A DNA stretch of 64,000 bases from the IMG/VR virus record IMGVR_UViG_3300042896_000283, positions 1-64,000 of that record; one strand, written 5' to 3'. Below the pieces are notes generated by a model. It had not been told where the DNA came from. It saw only the letters and a list, made by a program, of their open reading frames with translations, and did not search any database. The stretch comes from a virus. Shown here piece after piece: positions 1 through 8,918 of the stretch. The position numbers and the translations under genes were made by a program. How positions within the stretch are numbered: position 1 is the stretch's first letter; each line of letters begins with the position of its first letter.

Positions 1-647
1 TCAATAATAAGTCTTCTTGGCTTTGTACCTGCAATAGCTTCTTCATTATTACCACCATCTAAGTTACGAATAAGGATCTGAGAAAAGGGGATTCTCTCTC
101 CTGCTTTTGTCTTGATCCCTAATGTAACTTGGTTTTTCCAGTTGTCTTCTACTCTCTGCCATCTCCAGGCTTCTGGTAAGAAGTTTAATCCTTTGTCAAT
201 CTTATCTGTGATAAGCTTTATATCGGGAGCATTTAATCCTGCTATAATGTTCTGGGAATTCTCATCAAACGTTGCCCCATGACCTATATAGGAACTCTCA
301 ATTACTGACTTAGCTAAACGACGAATACCTAATATTACTAGGCCTTTCTTTTCGTTATGTGCTCTATCTATTTCATTTGTTATAATCCACTCATTATCAC
401 GTAGATATGGATTAGCATATTTCTGTGATATTCTACCACGTTCATCTATCATATCCACCTCTGTATTCCAGAAGTTTAAATGCCAATATAAGAAAGGATT
501 GATATACACTCCTCCCATTGTACAACCATCAATACATATTTGTTTATGGAAAGCGTAGAATGCTTTATATTCATCTGAGTCTTTTGAGGGAACTCTCTTC
601 TGATTTATAAACCAATCCTTATAATCAATACTTACTAGACCATCCAT
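1..647 (-). CDS. terL: Terminase large subunit, N-terminal ATPase part (runs off window start)
   Basis: Not in ORF track; manual translation MDGLVSIDYKDWF...YWHLNFW...PYLRDNEW...ILGIRRLAKS (deviant Walker A)...RRLIID (Walker B); TAATG overlap with upstream gene. Confidence 0.9.
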   Translation of the reverse strand, partial: MDGLVSIDYKDWFINQKRVPSKDSDEYKAFYAFHKQICIDGCTMGGVYINPFLYWHLNFWNTEVDMIDERGRISQKYANPYLRDNEWIITNEIDRAHNEKKGLVILGIRRLAKSVIESSYIGHGATFDENSQNIIAGLNAPDIKLITDKIDKGLNFLPEAWRWQRVEDNWKNQVTLGIKTKAGERIPFSQILIRNLDGGNNEEAIAGTKPRRLII

Positions 648-979
648 TATTTTCTACCATTTAAGAAATCTTCTGCCATACTACCAAGTTCAACACCACC
701 TCTCACTGGCACTTTTTTAGCTTCTTCTTTCTCACGAAGTTTCTCAACTTGTTCAAGCAGAGCTAAATAGTTCTTCATTGTTTCTTGTACAAACTTTCCT
801 TGAGCTTCAATAGATGCAATCACCATAGGCATAGCACCACCAGCTTTGGTTTCTTTCCATTTGATTCTATCCTCTAATGTATGTAAAGGATTTAAATCAA
901 CGTATTGTTTCCAGCTTGATAATTGTTCTTCAGCCCAATCAAGTTCTGTATTTATGTATGTAGTTTTCTTTATTGCCAT
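647..979 (-). CDS. Helical protein coupled to terL; candidate small terminase subunit
   Basis: 110 aa, stop overlaps terL start; function inferred from position only. Confidence 0.5.
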   Translation of the reverse strand: MAIKKTTYINTELDWAEEQLSSWKQYVDLNPLHTLEDRIKWKETKAGGAMPMVIASIEAQGKFVQETMKNYLALLEQVEKLREKEEAKKVPVRGGVELGSMAEDFLNGRK

Positions 980-989
980 TATGTAGTTT

Positions 990-1262
990 TTAGTCTTCCT
1001 CCTCTTCGAATAATGTTCTCTCCAAATTCATGCCATCTTTTATAATGGCTTCTATTTCTTTATCATCATGATCAACATCCATATCAAGACTTGTCTCGTA
1101 TTTCTTCAATGATAATAAAAGTTCTTTATCAGACACTCCCCATAATTCACTGCCATCAATGGCTGTAGAAATATGTCTTCCCATATTATATGAGGAATGT
1201 GCTTTATGTAATCGTTCTAATGTTTGTATAATTTGACGATAGTAGTTTAGTTGTTTTGTCAT
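990..1262 (-). CDS. Hypothetical protein
   Basis: 90 aa ORF in tightly packed operon. Confidence 0.7.
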   Translation of the reverse strand: MTKQLNYYRQIIQTLERLHKAHSSYNMGRHISTAIDGSELWGVSDKELLLSLKKYETSLDMDVDHDDKEIEAIIKDGMNLERTLFEEEED

Positions 1263-1522
1263 AGTAAATCGTTTATATCATCTTCAGATAGAGGTGATGT
1301 ACTAGATGTGTTATCATCGTTATATTGCTCATCTTCAAAGTCTTCATCATCCCTATTAGTAGACATATAATCAGGTTTGATTGTAATTTTAATTGTGTCT
1401 TTTAAATCATTTCCTTCTGCATTCTCTTCACCTGATATATCTATATAATCAGCACCACTCTCATAGAGATCTTGTAAGATTTGTATAAGAGACTCTAATG
1501 GTATTTTACGTAGACTCAACAT
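1259..1522 (-). CDS. Acidic hypothetical protein
   Basis: 87 aa, Asp/Glu-rich C-terminus, overlaps neighbours. Confidence 0.7.
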   Translation of the reverse strand: MLSLRKIPLESLIQILQDLYESGADYIDISGEENAEGNDLKDTIKITIKPDYMSTNRDDEDFEDEQYNDDNTSSTSPLSEDDINDLL

Positions 1523-1778
1523 CTTCTGTCGGTATTGCTGTGGCTCCCCATTTCTTTAATGGACATTCACATGTTAGACATTTAGTTTTTGCAGAAAGTG
1601 TACATCCACAATTGTGGCAATGTACATCCAGTCTTATTGTTGTATGCTTAGAAGAATGTTCTTCGCATGCTTCACATATAGCAAGTCTTTCATTGCTGAC
1701 ATGTTCTATAAAAGCTTTTGTTCTTTCTTCAGGTAGAAGATGATTCTTCCATCCTTCTATAACTTGGTTTATTTTCAT
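1506..1778 (-). CDS. Cys-rich zinc-finger protein typical of the crAss-like packaging module
   Basis: Start re-called at MKINQVIEGW; RLAICEAC...CHNCGCTLSAKTKC...CPLKKW. Confidence 0.8.
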   Translation of the reverse strand: MKINQVIEGWKNHLLPEERTKAFIEHVSNERLAICEACEEHSSKHTTIRLDVHCHNCGCTLSAKTKCLTCECPLKKWGATAIPTEDVEST

Positions 1779-1782
1779 AATA

Positions 1783-2361
1783 CTATTTATATCTAACATT
1801 AAACTTTTTACTTTTATTAATACCTCTACAATTTGATGATATATTACTTTGAGATACATTTAAAAACTTTGCAGCTTTTAATGATGATTCAAACTCTTGT
1901 ATTATATTATTACCATCATCTAACAAAAGTACAATTTTTTGTTTAGTTAAACCTAATTTTTTATTATGTTCATTACTTCTAATTACAGTTCTTCCTTTTA
2001 ATGAGTTAGCTATTTTTAATCTAGTTTCTTTTTTAACTTCTCTTCCTAAACAATTTCCTGCAACTGGAGTAGCATTATATCCACTGCTATATGAATTATA
2101 TTTATCTATATAATACTGTTCTTGTAAAAGAATGTTATCGTTACTGCATGTTTCTACTATTTCAAAAATAAAACTATCTTCTCCATATTTATTCCAAGCT
2201 CTTTGTAACTTAATTGAATGATGTTTATTCTTTTTAAGATTAGTTATATGACATCTTTTTCGTTTAGTTAATCCATGAATAGATGATCCTATATATACTT
2301 TATCTGTAGATATATTTTTTATCATGTAAATAACTCCCTCATATATCTGTCCTAGGCTCAT
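1783..2361 (-). CDS. GIY-YIG homing endonuclease (free-standing)
   Basis: GVIY...KVYIGSS, LQRAWNKYG, EQYYI, GYN, NUMOD1-like C-terminus. Confidence 0.9.
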   Translation of the reverse strand: MSLGQIYEGVIYMIKNISTDKVYIGSSIHGLTKRKRCHITNLKKNKHHSIKLQRAWNKYGEDSFIFEIVETCSNDNILLQEQYYIDKYNSYSSGYNATPVAGNCLGREVKKETRLKIANSLKGRTVIRSNEHNKKLGLTKQKIVLLLDDGNNIIQEFESSLKAAKFLNVSQSNISSNCRGINKSKKFNVRYK

Positions 2362-2701
2362 TTATTTTTGGTTTTAATATTTTAATATCATTTAATGCTG
2401 TCTGTATTCTCAATTCTGTAGAATGTCTTTTCTTATCTGTAATAGATGAATCAGCCAATGTATTCTCATAAGCTTGTTTCATCTGTAGCAACTTAGTATA
2501 ATGTACATTAGCTTTCTTTGAATTAAATAAGAACTTTCCAAATCCAGAAATCTCTACACTTTCATTTGTATTAAGAGCATCATTGGCAGAATCAAACTGA
2601 TGTGTAACAACAGCATCAATCACCTTCTCAGATATCACCATGTTAATTGACATCCTCTTTATAATCCACTCCTTCACTGACATCGATAATGGCTTCTTCA
2701 T
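2339..2701 (-). CDS. IHF/HU-like DNA-binding protein
   Basis: NESVEISGFGKF resembles the HU/IHF signature. Confidence 0.7.
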   Translation of the reverse strand: MKKPLSMSVKEWIIKRMSINMVISEKVIDAVVTHQFDSANDALNTNESVEISGFGKFLFNSKKANVHYTKLLQMKQAYENTLADSSITDKKRHSTELRIQTALNDIKILKPKINEPRTDI

Positions 2702-3041
2702 GTAATAGTTTTATTTCTAATGTTAAATCCTTTTTGAAATCTATAACGATGATGGGATTCACCTTCACCTTACCATTCTCCTTGATAAATATTCCTATTT
2801 TCTTAAGTTTACTAATGATGTTATTAATAGAAGGAGATGTACTATTGTATGTTCTGCAGAATTCTTCTCTAACATTAGCATATGTAATGTTCCCTTTAAT
2901 AGCTGTAAAGGATATCAACTGTATCTCTCTTTCTGTAAGATGAAGATTGTTTATAGCTGATAGTACACTATAATACTTCTCAGCTAATTGAATGTCTGTA
3001 GAAACATCCTTCTTCAGTTTTTGTATAATCATTGGTTTCAT
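2643..3041 (-). CDS. Winged-helix DNA-binding protein
   Basis: LTEREIQL...SINNIISKLKKIGIF...KVNP pattern. Confidence 0.6.
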   Translation of the reverse strand: MKPMIIQKLKKDVSTDIQLAEKYYSVLSAINNLHLTEREIQLISFTAIKGNITYANVREEFCRTYNSTSPSINNIISKLKKIGIFIKENGKVKVNPIIVIDFKKDLTLEIKLLHEEAIIDVSEGVDYKEDVN

Positions 3042-3174
3042 AATGTAGTTTTATCTAATCATATGACAAAGATATACAATAAATACATACAATGTATATT
3101 TTTTTATTTTGCAATGCTATATTATGAAGTTTTTCTATATAGCGGTATTAGATAACCTCGCCCAACCACCACCC

Positions 3175-3206
3175 CAAATGTACAGAGTATTTACAACATA
3201 CACAAG
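3175..3206 (-). promoter_or_regulatory. Bacteroidota-type promoter
   Basis: CTTG-N20-TACATTTG on minus strand; a further TATCTTTG at 3074-3067. Confidence 0.55.
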
Positions 3207-3796
3207 TACTTTTTATCAATATATTTTCTACATTTTTTAAAGTACTCATTATCAGAAGGTTTATGATAAAATTTATTATTCTTTAAACTGTTCTCTTCTT
3301 TAGTTAATAACTGTAAATTATGTAATGAGCAACTTATACTAATAGGTGTATCTTTTATAAACCATGACAACGGAATACAATGATCTATATCATATCCTTT
3401 AGGTATTATTGGAAACTTATCATTGAATTCTTTCTTAGTAAATCCTAATTCTTTATATAACTCTATAGAATCACTATTATGTAATCTCTTTAAACAGCTT
3501 CTGAAAAATGATCTTGCTCTCTTTTCTGGTGTAGCATTTCTAAGTCTACTCTTTTCTTTTAGACAAAATGTACACATTCCACTTAATCCATCAGAACTTC
3601 TTCCTGTATCTTTTTTAAAAGCATCACTAGTCTTTATAGTTTTACATTTATAACACTTATATAGTTTAGCATCTTCACAAGAAATACATTTCTGTTTATA
3701 CTTATTAAATTCTGATTTTGGTTTTACTACTTCACATACCGCACATGGTCTTTGTATAGCATAATTTTTTTTCTGTTCAGCACTTATGTAACTCAT
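3191..3796 (-). CDS. HNH homing endonuclease with CxxC zinc-binding repeats
   Basis: CAVC, CISC, CYKC, CTFC; YDIDHCIP...NLQLLT..EN..K. Confidence 0.85.
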   Translation of the reverse strand: MSYISAEQKKNYAIQRPCAVCEVVKPKSEFNKYKQKCISCEDAKLYKCYKCKTIKTSDAFKKDTGRSSDGLSGMCTFCLKEKSRLRNATPEKRARSFFRSCLKRLHNSDSIELYKELGFTKKEFNDKFPIIPKGYDIDHCIPLSWFIKDTPISISCSLHNLQLLTKEENSLKNNKFYHKPSDNEYFKKCRKYIDKKYLCML

Positions 3797-3819
3797 AATA
3801 TTTTATATTTTATACACCC

Positions 3820-3852
3820 CAAAGGTATAACATATTTCGCTTAGCCACCAAA
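3820..3852 (-). promoter_or_regulatory. Bacteroidota-type promoter
   Basis: TTTG-N21-TACCTTTG on minus strand. Confidence 0.7.
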
Positions 3853-4100
3853 TTTTTTTTAAATTTTTTTTTCAAAATTTAGATATGGTCTATATGTGTG
3901 CTGATAGAGACCTATCCATATCCAAGACCCCCATAACAATTTGCAAGTTGGGGGTATCCCCCATCAATCTAAGGGTTGTTGCAAGTCCTAAGAAGTTTGC
4001 AACTGGTACCTGTGCTAACCACAGGAAGTGTCAACCAGCTCATTGGGTCAAACAGAGGAAGCCAAAGCTCTGTATTTTTTAATCTTAAAACATAATCATT

Positions 4101-4310
4101 ATGGAATTAATCAACATTAGGTACATCAGAGATACACATGAAGTGATACTCTACTTTAAAGACTATTACATTAGTGCACTTGCAACTTGGCAAACATACA
4201 ATCTCTATTGTGAGTTTCATAACATTGCAATATACCAAGGAGAGTTAATATCAATAGACCTTGATAAAGTGTTAGGTAATACAGACATCAATGAACTAAT
4301 GGCCATTTAA
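4101..4310 (+). CDS. Hypothetical early protein
   Basis: 69 aa, A-rich leader, followed by hairpin and T-run. Confidence 0.6.
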   Translation: MELINIRYIRDTHEVILYFKDYYISALATWQTYNLYCEFHNIAIYQGELISIDLDKVLGNTDINELMAI

Positions 4311-4442
4311 TTGGCTGTTAGTTTTTCTACCTATATATATAGGAGAGAAATCTCATCCATACTCAACATAAGTTCATCCATCCCAAAACCTTTTCAACAG
4401 AGAGAGAATATTCTCAAATATTAATTTTAAAACAGAAACATA

Positions 4443-4844
4443 ATGAAAAATTACGTAATTAACAATGGTGCTTTTACAGCAAACGGAAACTTTAGTGGAT
4501 ACACAGCTCTTGGTGTTAGAGTTCACTTACACAAACGTCAAATGGAATCTTTAGAATGGACAACTAATGCAGACATTAAATTCCCATTCTTTTGCATTGC
4601 AGAGACTAAACAAATTGGTTCTCTTAATGCAGACGGTAGTGCAGTGGTAGACGCTAATGGTGTTGAAATCAAATCAGAGAGATTAACTGCTTTGAGTGCT
4701 TTCAAAACTAAAGCTGAAATTACACAAGCTCATGCTGATAGCTCATTGCTTGACGTGGAAATAGCACAAGCTATCCAAACACAAGCTAAAGCATCAGGCT
4801 TAAGTGAGATTGCATTGAGTGCTCTTGCTAACGCATCATTCTAA
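4443..4844 (+). CDS. Hypothetical early protein
   Basis: 133 aa, followed by terminator. Confidence 0.8.
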   Translation: MKNYVINNGAFTANGNFSGYTALGVRVHLHKRQMESLEWTTNADIKFPFFCIAETKQIGSLNADGSAVVDANGVEIKSERLTALSAFKTKAEITQAHADSSLLDVEIAQAIQTQAKASGLSEIALSALANASF

Positions 4845-4854
4845 AAGACAATAC

Positions 4855-4890
4855 AGAGAGGCTATTCATAACGAATAGCTTCTCTTTATT
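4855..4890 (+). terminator. Intrinsic terminator
   Basis: AGAGAGGCTATTC-ATAAC-GAATAGCTTCTCT then TTATT. Confidence 0.7.
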
Positions 4891-5290
4891 AATAACTCAC
4901 ATTATATATAAGGGTGGGTTTTATAAATAAGGGTGGGCTTGATAAAAACTCTACATATATATAAGAAAAAAGTTTTTTTCTCCCTCGTAAAAAGTTTTTG
5001 TTGAGTGTTAAAACATAGCAGTGGAGACATAGAACATATAATAAAGCATAAATCATAAGACAATAAATCAATAAACATAACCAATATATATAGCATTATG
5101 AACTACTTATGTAAAGATAAAGAAACAGGAAACTTATTTGTTATAACTAAATGGTCTAAAGACTTTAGTAAATATATAGAAAGTAAATCTTGTATATCAT
5201 TAGGAACTAAATCTTTCTATGTATTACAGGAAATAGAAGTTAGATAATAATTATAGGCTCTTCTACGGGCCCTTTTAAATACATTTAATT

Positions 5291-5515
5291 ATGGAAACAA
5301 TTACAATTAGCCTTACGACAGTATTATTTTATATACTGTCTCCTTTAGTTATATACTGTATATTATATTATGGTATCATGACTGATAAACGTGAAAGATA
5401 TGGAGATACAGATGCTGAAATAGTGTTTTCATTAATGATGACTATAATGTTATCTATTGCACTCTTTTTTGTAACTTACCACGTACATCGTTATCATTTT
5501 ATATTTACATTATAA
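5291..5515 (+). CDS. Small membrane protein (2 TM)
   Basis: Two hydrophobic segments. Confidence 0.6.
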   Translation: METITISLTTVLFYILSPLVIYCILYYGIMTDKRERYGDTDAEIVFSLMMTIMLSIALFFVTYHVHRYHFIFTL

Positions 5516-5635
5516 TCATTTACAGTCCTAGAACAGTAGGATGTAGTACATATATACCTTCAAATTACAAATGATGGGTCATTTTCAATGAATAACTACA
5601 AATGATTTATATAATAATTTAATCTCCTTAATAAT

Positions 5636-6001
5636 ATGAAAAAAATACAATTAACAGAACCAGTGTTCAAAGCTATTGTTCTTGTGAATAATCAAGAAGA
5701 ATGTAATGTAGCTAAAGATATATGTCTTAAATATTCTCTTCCTGTTTGGAAAGATATTGAGCAAGGATTTAAGTATATGGAATATTATGATGAGCCTACA
5801 TATTTAAAATATCAAAATGATGGTGATAAAGGTTATATAGGTTTTTATGTTGATTGTCTAGATGAGCCTCAAAGTAATTATAATATTGTATCAATAGAAG
5901 AATTTGAAGCATTAGCTGAAGAGCTAAATCCACAAGACTATAATATAGATGATATATTGTCTAAAATGAAAGAATTAAACAATCTCCTTAATAACAAATA
6001 A
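5636..6001 (+). CDS. Hypothetical protein with shared C-terminal helix
   Basis: 121 aa ending IDDILSKMKELNNLLNNK; AATCTCCTTAATAA repeat at 5621 and 5981. Confidence 0.75.
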   Translation: MKKIQLTEPVFKAIVLVNNQEECNVAKDICLKYSLPVWKDIEQGFKYMEYYDEPTYLKYQNDGDKGYIGFYVDCLDEPQSNYNIVSIEEFEALAEELNPQDYNIDDILSKMKELNNLLNNK

Positions 6002-6002
6002 A

Positions 6003-6194
6003 ATGAAATCAACAAAAATTATGTTAGCTATAATAGCTACGCTTATTGCTACATGGACTCTTATGAGTCTTATTGGATATTTATTATCTGATATGTCATT
6101 AAAAGAATGTTACACAAATGGTGGAACATTAATATGCATGATGATATTTGGTTGGATACCAAGTGTTATTGTAGGATGTGATCTTGACGATTAA
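6003..6194 (+). CDS. Small membrane protein (2 TM)
   Basis: Hydrophobic segments. Confidence 0.65.
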   Translation: MKSTKIMLAIIATLIATWTLMSLIGYLLSDMSLKECYTNGGTLICMMIFGWIPSVIVGCDLDD

Positions 6195-6211
6195 CTTAAC
6201 AACTATTAATC

Positions 6212-6418
6212 ATGAAGAAAACAGTAATATTTCATTTTACATATAAAGGAAATGCAAATCAGGGTAATAAAACTCACAGAAAAACATATAACATGTTTAC
6301 AAGTAAGAACAAGATCATTAATGATTTCTTTGATTGGTTAAATAAAGAAGGTAATGATGTTAATAAAGAATTCAACGAACCATGTGCAATTACAAATATT
6401 AAACTTATAGGATTATGA
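6212..6418 (+). CDS. Hypothetical protein
   Basis: ORF with ATGA overlap to next gene. Confidence 0.6.
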   Translation: MKKTVIFHFTYKGNANQGNKTHRKTYNMFTSKNKIINDFFDWLNKEGNDVNKEFNEPCAITNIKLIGL

Positions 6419-6606
6419 GAACAGAAATCATTGAACAAAGATTACAAACTATCAAGAATGAAATACATGCATTAGATAGTTTAAAAGATGCACATGATGA
6501 TACAAACATACATGTGATTGAAGAGCAACAAGACATATTGTTTCACGAAAGACAACAATTAACAGATTTGTTAGAGAGTTGTTTTGATAATCTTATTGGA
6601 TTATGA
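6415..6606 (+). CDS. Hypothetical coiled-coil protein
   Basis: 63 aa, ATGA overlap. Confidence 0.6.
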   Translation: MRTEIIEQRLQTIKNEIHALDSLKDAHDDTNIHVIEEQQDILFHERQQLTDLLESCFDNLIGL

Positions 6607-6718
6607 TAATGCAACTAGAATCATATTACAAAGGAATATCTTTTGGATTTGAATTAGATTTTAAAGAGAAACGTTTAACAATCGCCTTTTTATTTTGGGG
6701 ATTAAATTTTATTAAATC

Positions 6719-6949
6719 ATGAGAAATTTATTAATAGACAGAATATTAACAATTACATTCACATTAACAATATTATATATTCTAGTGAATATAATTATAA
6801 TTGTCAATAAAGAAATTGATAATAGCAATCAATCAAAACAAGAAAAACCAATATCATATCCAGAAGAAATACAAATCGCTAAAGAAGGAGATACATTAAT
6901 TGTATCTTCTGTTAGTGATAGTATATATATTGGGTTTAAACGCAAGTAA
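6719..6949 (+). CDS. Membrane-anchored hypothetical protein
   Basis: N-terminal TM segment. Confidence 0.6.
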   Translation: MRNLLIDRILTITFTLTILYILVNIIIIVNKEIDNSNQSKQEKPISYPEEIQIAKEGDTLIVSSVSDSIYIGFKRK

Positions 6950-6954
6950 ATATT

Positions 6955-7311
6955 ATGATACACAAAAGCGTAGAAGTTCCTTTATATCATCAACGACTTC
7001 AAATCATAATATGTGATGATGCAGAGAAAGAAATAGATGAAATAAACAAGAAGTATCCTTCAACCATTAGTAGATTTGAGTTTTCAGGTCACGCAGAAGG
7101 ATATGGTAAGTACAATCTAATAGTACTTAACAAGAAATATTTACAAGATGAATCATATGTTATTGGCACAATAGCGCACGAAGCTTTTCATATTACAAGT
7201 TTCATAATGAAACGTGTAGGAATGAATCCTGATGTTAATAACGATGAAGCTCAAGCATACTTACTGTCTTGGATAGTAGAACAAGTTTACAAACAATTTA
7301 AAAACAAATAA
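6955..7311 (+). CDS. HExxH zinc-metallopeptidase-like protein
   Basis: IAHEAFH...DEAQAYLL; paralog of 37711..38091. Confidence 0.7.
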   Translation: MIHKSVEVPLYHQRLQIIICDDAEKEIDEINKKYPSTISRFEFSGHAEGYGKYNLIVLNKKYLQDESYVIGTIAHEAFHITSFIMKRVGMNPDVNNDEAQAYLLSWIVEQVYKQFKNK

Positions 7312-7315
7312 GATT

Positions 7316-7465
7316 ATGGAAAAAGAAACGAGAGAATTTATTTTTTGGCTAATGGATAATTGCCAATTAATTCAAGATGAAAAAACAGAAGAAAACATCC
7401 TTTGGAGATATGAGGGAGAAGATTATTCTGTAGATGGGTTATTTGAGCAATTTAAAAAGAAATAA
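7316..7465 (+). CDS. Small hypothetical protein (49 aa)
   Basis: Manual translation MEKETREFIFWL...EQFKKK. Confidence 0.6.
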   Translation: MEKETREFIFWLMDNCQLIQDEKTEENILWRYEGEDYSVDGLFEQFKKK

Positions 7466-7480
7466 GATTATTAAATAACA

Positions 7481-7513
7481 AGGGTGTCGTGAAACACGAC
7501 ATCCCTATTTTTA
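7481..7513 (+). terminator. Strong hairpin / intrinsic terminator
   Basis: GGGTGTCGTG-AAA-CACGACATCC then ATTTTT. Confidence 0.65.
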
Positions 7514-7534
7514 ATTTAAAAAAAAATAATAATT

Positions 7535-7780
7535 ATGAAACAAACAGCAGTAGAATATTTAGAAGAACAATTATTTCTTAATCATGAACCAACTTTAAAT
7601 CAAAGAATGGTAATTAAAGAAGCTAAAGAAATGGAAAAGCAACAACAAGGTTATAATGAGAAAGTTGTTGAATTAGTTGCTCTTGAAATGGTTACTTGGT
7701 CAATTGATAAGATTGGTAATATTTCAACTCAAAGTGGGAAAAAGTTTGATGAGGTGTTAAGCAAATATAAAAATAAATAA
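7535..7780 (+). CDS. MKQTAVE-family hypothetical protein
   Basis: Shares MKQTAVE and EMEKQQ with next gene. Confidence 0.7.
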   Translation: MKQTAVEYLEEQLFLNHEPTLNQRMVIKEAKEMEKQQQGYNEKVVELVALEMVTWSIDKIGNISTQSGKKFDEVLSKYKNK

Positions 7781-7830
7781 AAAAAACAACAACCAAGAAC
7801 CCGATTGCAAGGTTAAGTGCTACAACAATT

Positions 7831-8085
7831 ATGAAACAAACAGCAGTAGAACAAGTAGGAATTGCATTTAGACAATGGCAAAAAGAATGGGAAAATTTTG
7901 ATAAAATAGGAAAGGATAAACCTATATCATATAATGAGTTTATAGAGCCGTTTTTAGAAATGGAAAAGCAACAGATTATTGATGCTTGTAATCAAGAAGA
8001 GTGTTTTGGTTCATTTGGGTTTGAAGGATATGAAGATATTACAAAAGGAGAAGAATATTATAATATTAACTTTAAAAACAAATAA
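7831..8085 (+). CDS. MKQTAVE-family hypothetical protein
   Basis: Shares MKQTAVE and EMEKQQ with previous gene. Confidence 0.7.
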   Translation: MKQTAVEQVGIAFRQWQKEWENFDKIGKDKPISYNEFIEPFLEMEKQQIIDACNQEECFGSFGFEGYEDITKGEEYYNINFKNK

Positions 8086-8090
8086 AAATT

Positions 8091-8252
8091 ATGATAACAT
8101 TATATATATTCCTATCATACTTAGTTATGATGGGAATGATGTTAGAAGAATATTCTACATTAGACGAAGTTACAAAAAGAGCTTATATAGTATTTATATT
8201 TAGCCCTTTTACAGTACCAATGATAATTGGTATGATGATAGGAAAGAAATAA
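8091..8252 (+). CDS. Small membrane protein (53 aa)
   Basis: Manual translation MITLYIFLSYLVMMGMML...FSPFTVPMIIG. Confidence 0.55.
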   Translation: MITLYIFLSYLVMMGMMLEEYSTLDEVTKRAYIVFIFSPFTVPMIIGMMIGKK

Positions 8253-8275
8253 TTAAACAATCAAATCAAATAACA

Positions 8276-8506
8276 ATGAAAAAAGAAAAAAGTTTAGAAG
8301 ACGCATTAGTATCAATGCATAAATTGATAGATATGCAACAAGATTCATTAAGAACAGCTCATGAGATTATAAAGCTTAAAGATGCAAGATTAGACATAGC
8401 TGATCAATTAATCATTCTCCATAAGAAAGAGATTAAAGTTCTTAGAATATGTTTTTATTCATTAGTAGCGTTGAATATTATCACAACAATTATTAGATTA
8501 TTATGA
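8276..8506 (+). CDS. Coiled-coil protein with C-terminal TM
   Basis: Heptad pattern plus hydrophobic tail. Confidence 0.6.
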   Translation: MKKEKSLEDALVSMHKLIDMQQDSLRTAHEIIKLKDARLDIADQLIILHKKEIKVLRICFYSLVALNIITTIIRLL

Positions 8507-8658
8507 GACCTAGAGTGAACAAAGGCACATTAGTAGGATCAACAGATAGATTCAGAGGAATCAAAGCTAAGAGGTTGATCGTAGAAGTTATATACAGTTT
8601 CAGAAGAGGAATTGTAAGAGAAAGAATAATAGACGTTAGACAAACAATAAACCAGTAA
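8503..8658 (+). CDS. Small Arg-rich protein (51 aa)
   Basis: Manual translation MRPRVNKG...; ATGA overlap. Confidence 0.55.
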   Translation: MRPRVNKGTLVGSTDRFRGIKAKRLIVEVIYSFRRGIVRERIIDVRQTINQ

Positions 8659-8667
8659 TCAATTATC

Positions 8668-8898
8668 ATGGCATATACAGAAACATTTTATGTTGGTACT
8701 TCTGATAATAAGGTTAGAAAAACTACAGAACCATCAATGCAATATTTTATTCCAGATGGTAAAAAAGAAGGTAAAGCAAAGTATATCATTGAAGTATTTG
8801 GATACAATCATAAAGAAATAGCTACTAAAGTTAGAGATATGGTTGATTCAGCACATATGTCAAATGATATATTTGAAATTAGAATAGAAACAAAGTAA
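8668..8898 (+). CDS. Hypothetical protein
   Basis: 76 aa ORF in operon. Confidence 0.65.
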   Translation: MAYTETFYVGTSDNKVRKTTEPSMQYFIPDGKKEGKAKYIIEVFGYNHKEIATKVRDMVDSAHMSNDIFEIRIETK

Positions 8899-8918
8899 TC
8901 AATTAAATCCTTAATAAC

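Noticed and set aside
3885-5096. ORFs 3885..4082, 4889..5071 and 4902..5096
   Set aside because: Atypical composition, overlap repeats or regulatory-looking DNA, and the latter two oppose the local transcription direction
6955-8093. CRISPR array or integron
   Set aside because: Repeats are short, degenerate, coding and irregularly spaced; no cas or integrase gene
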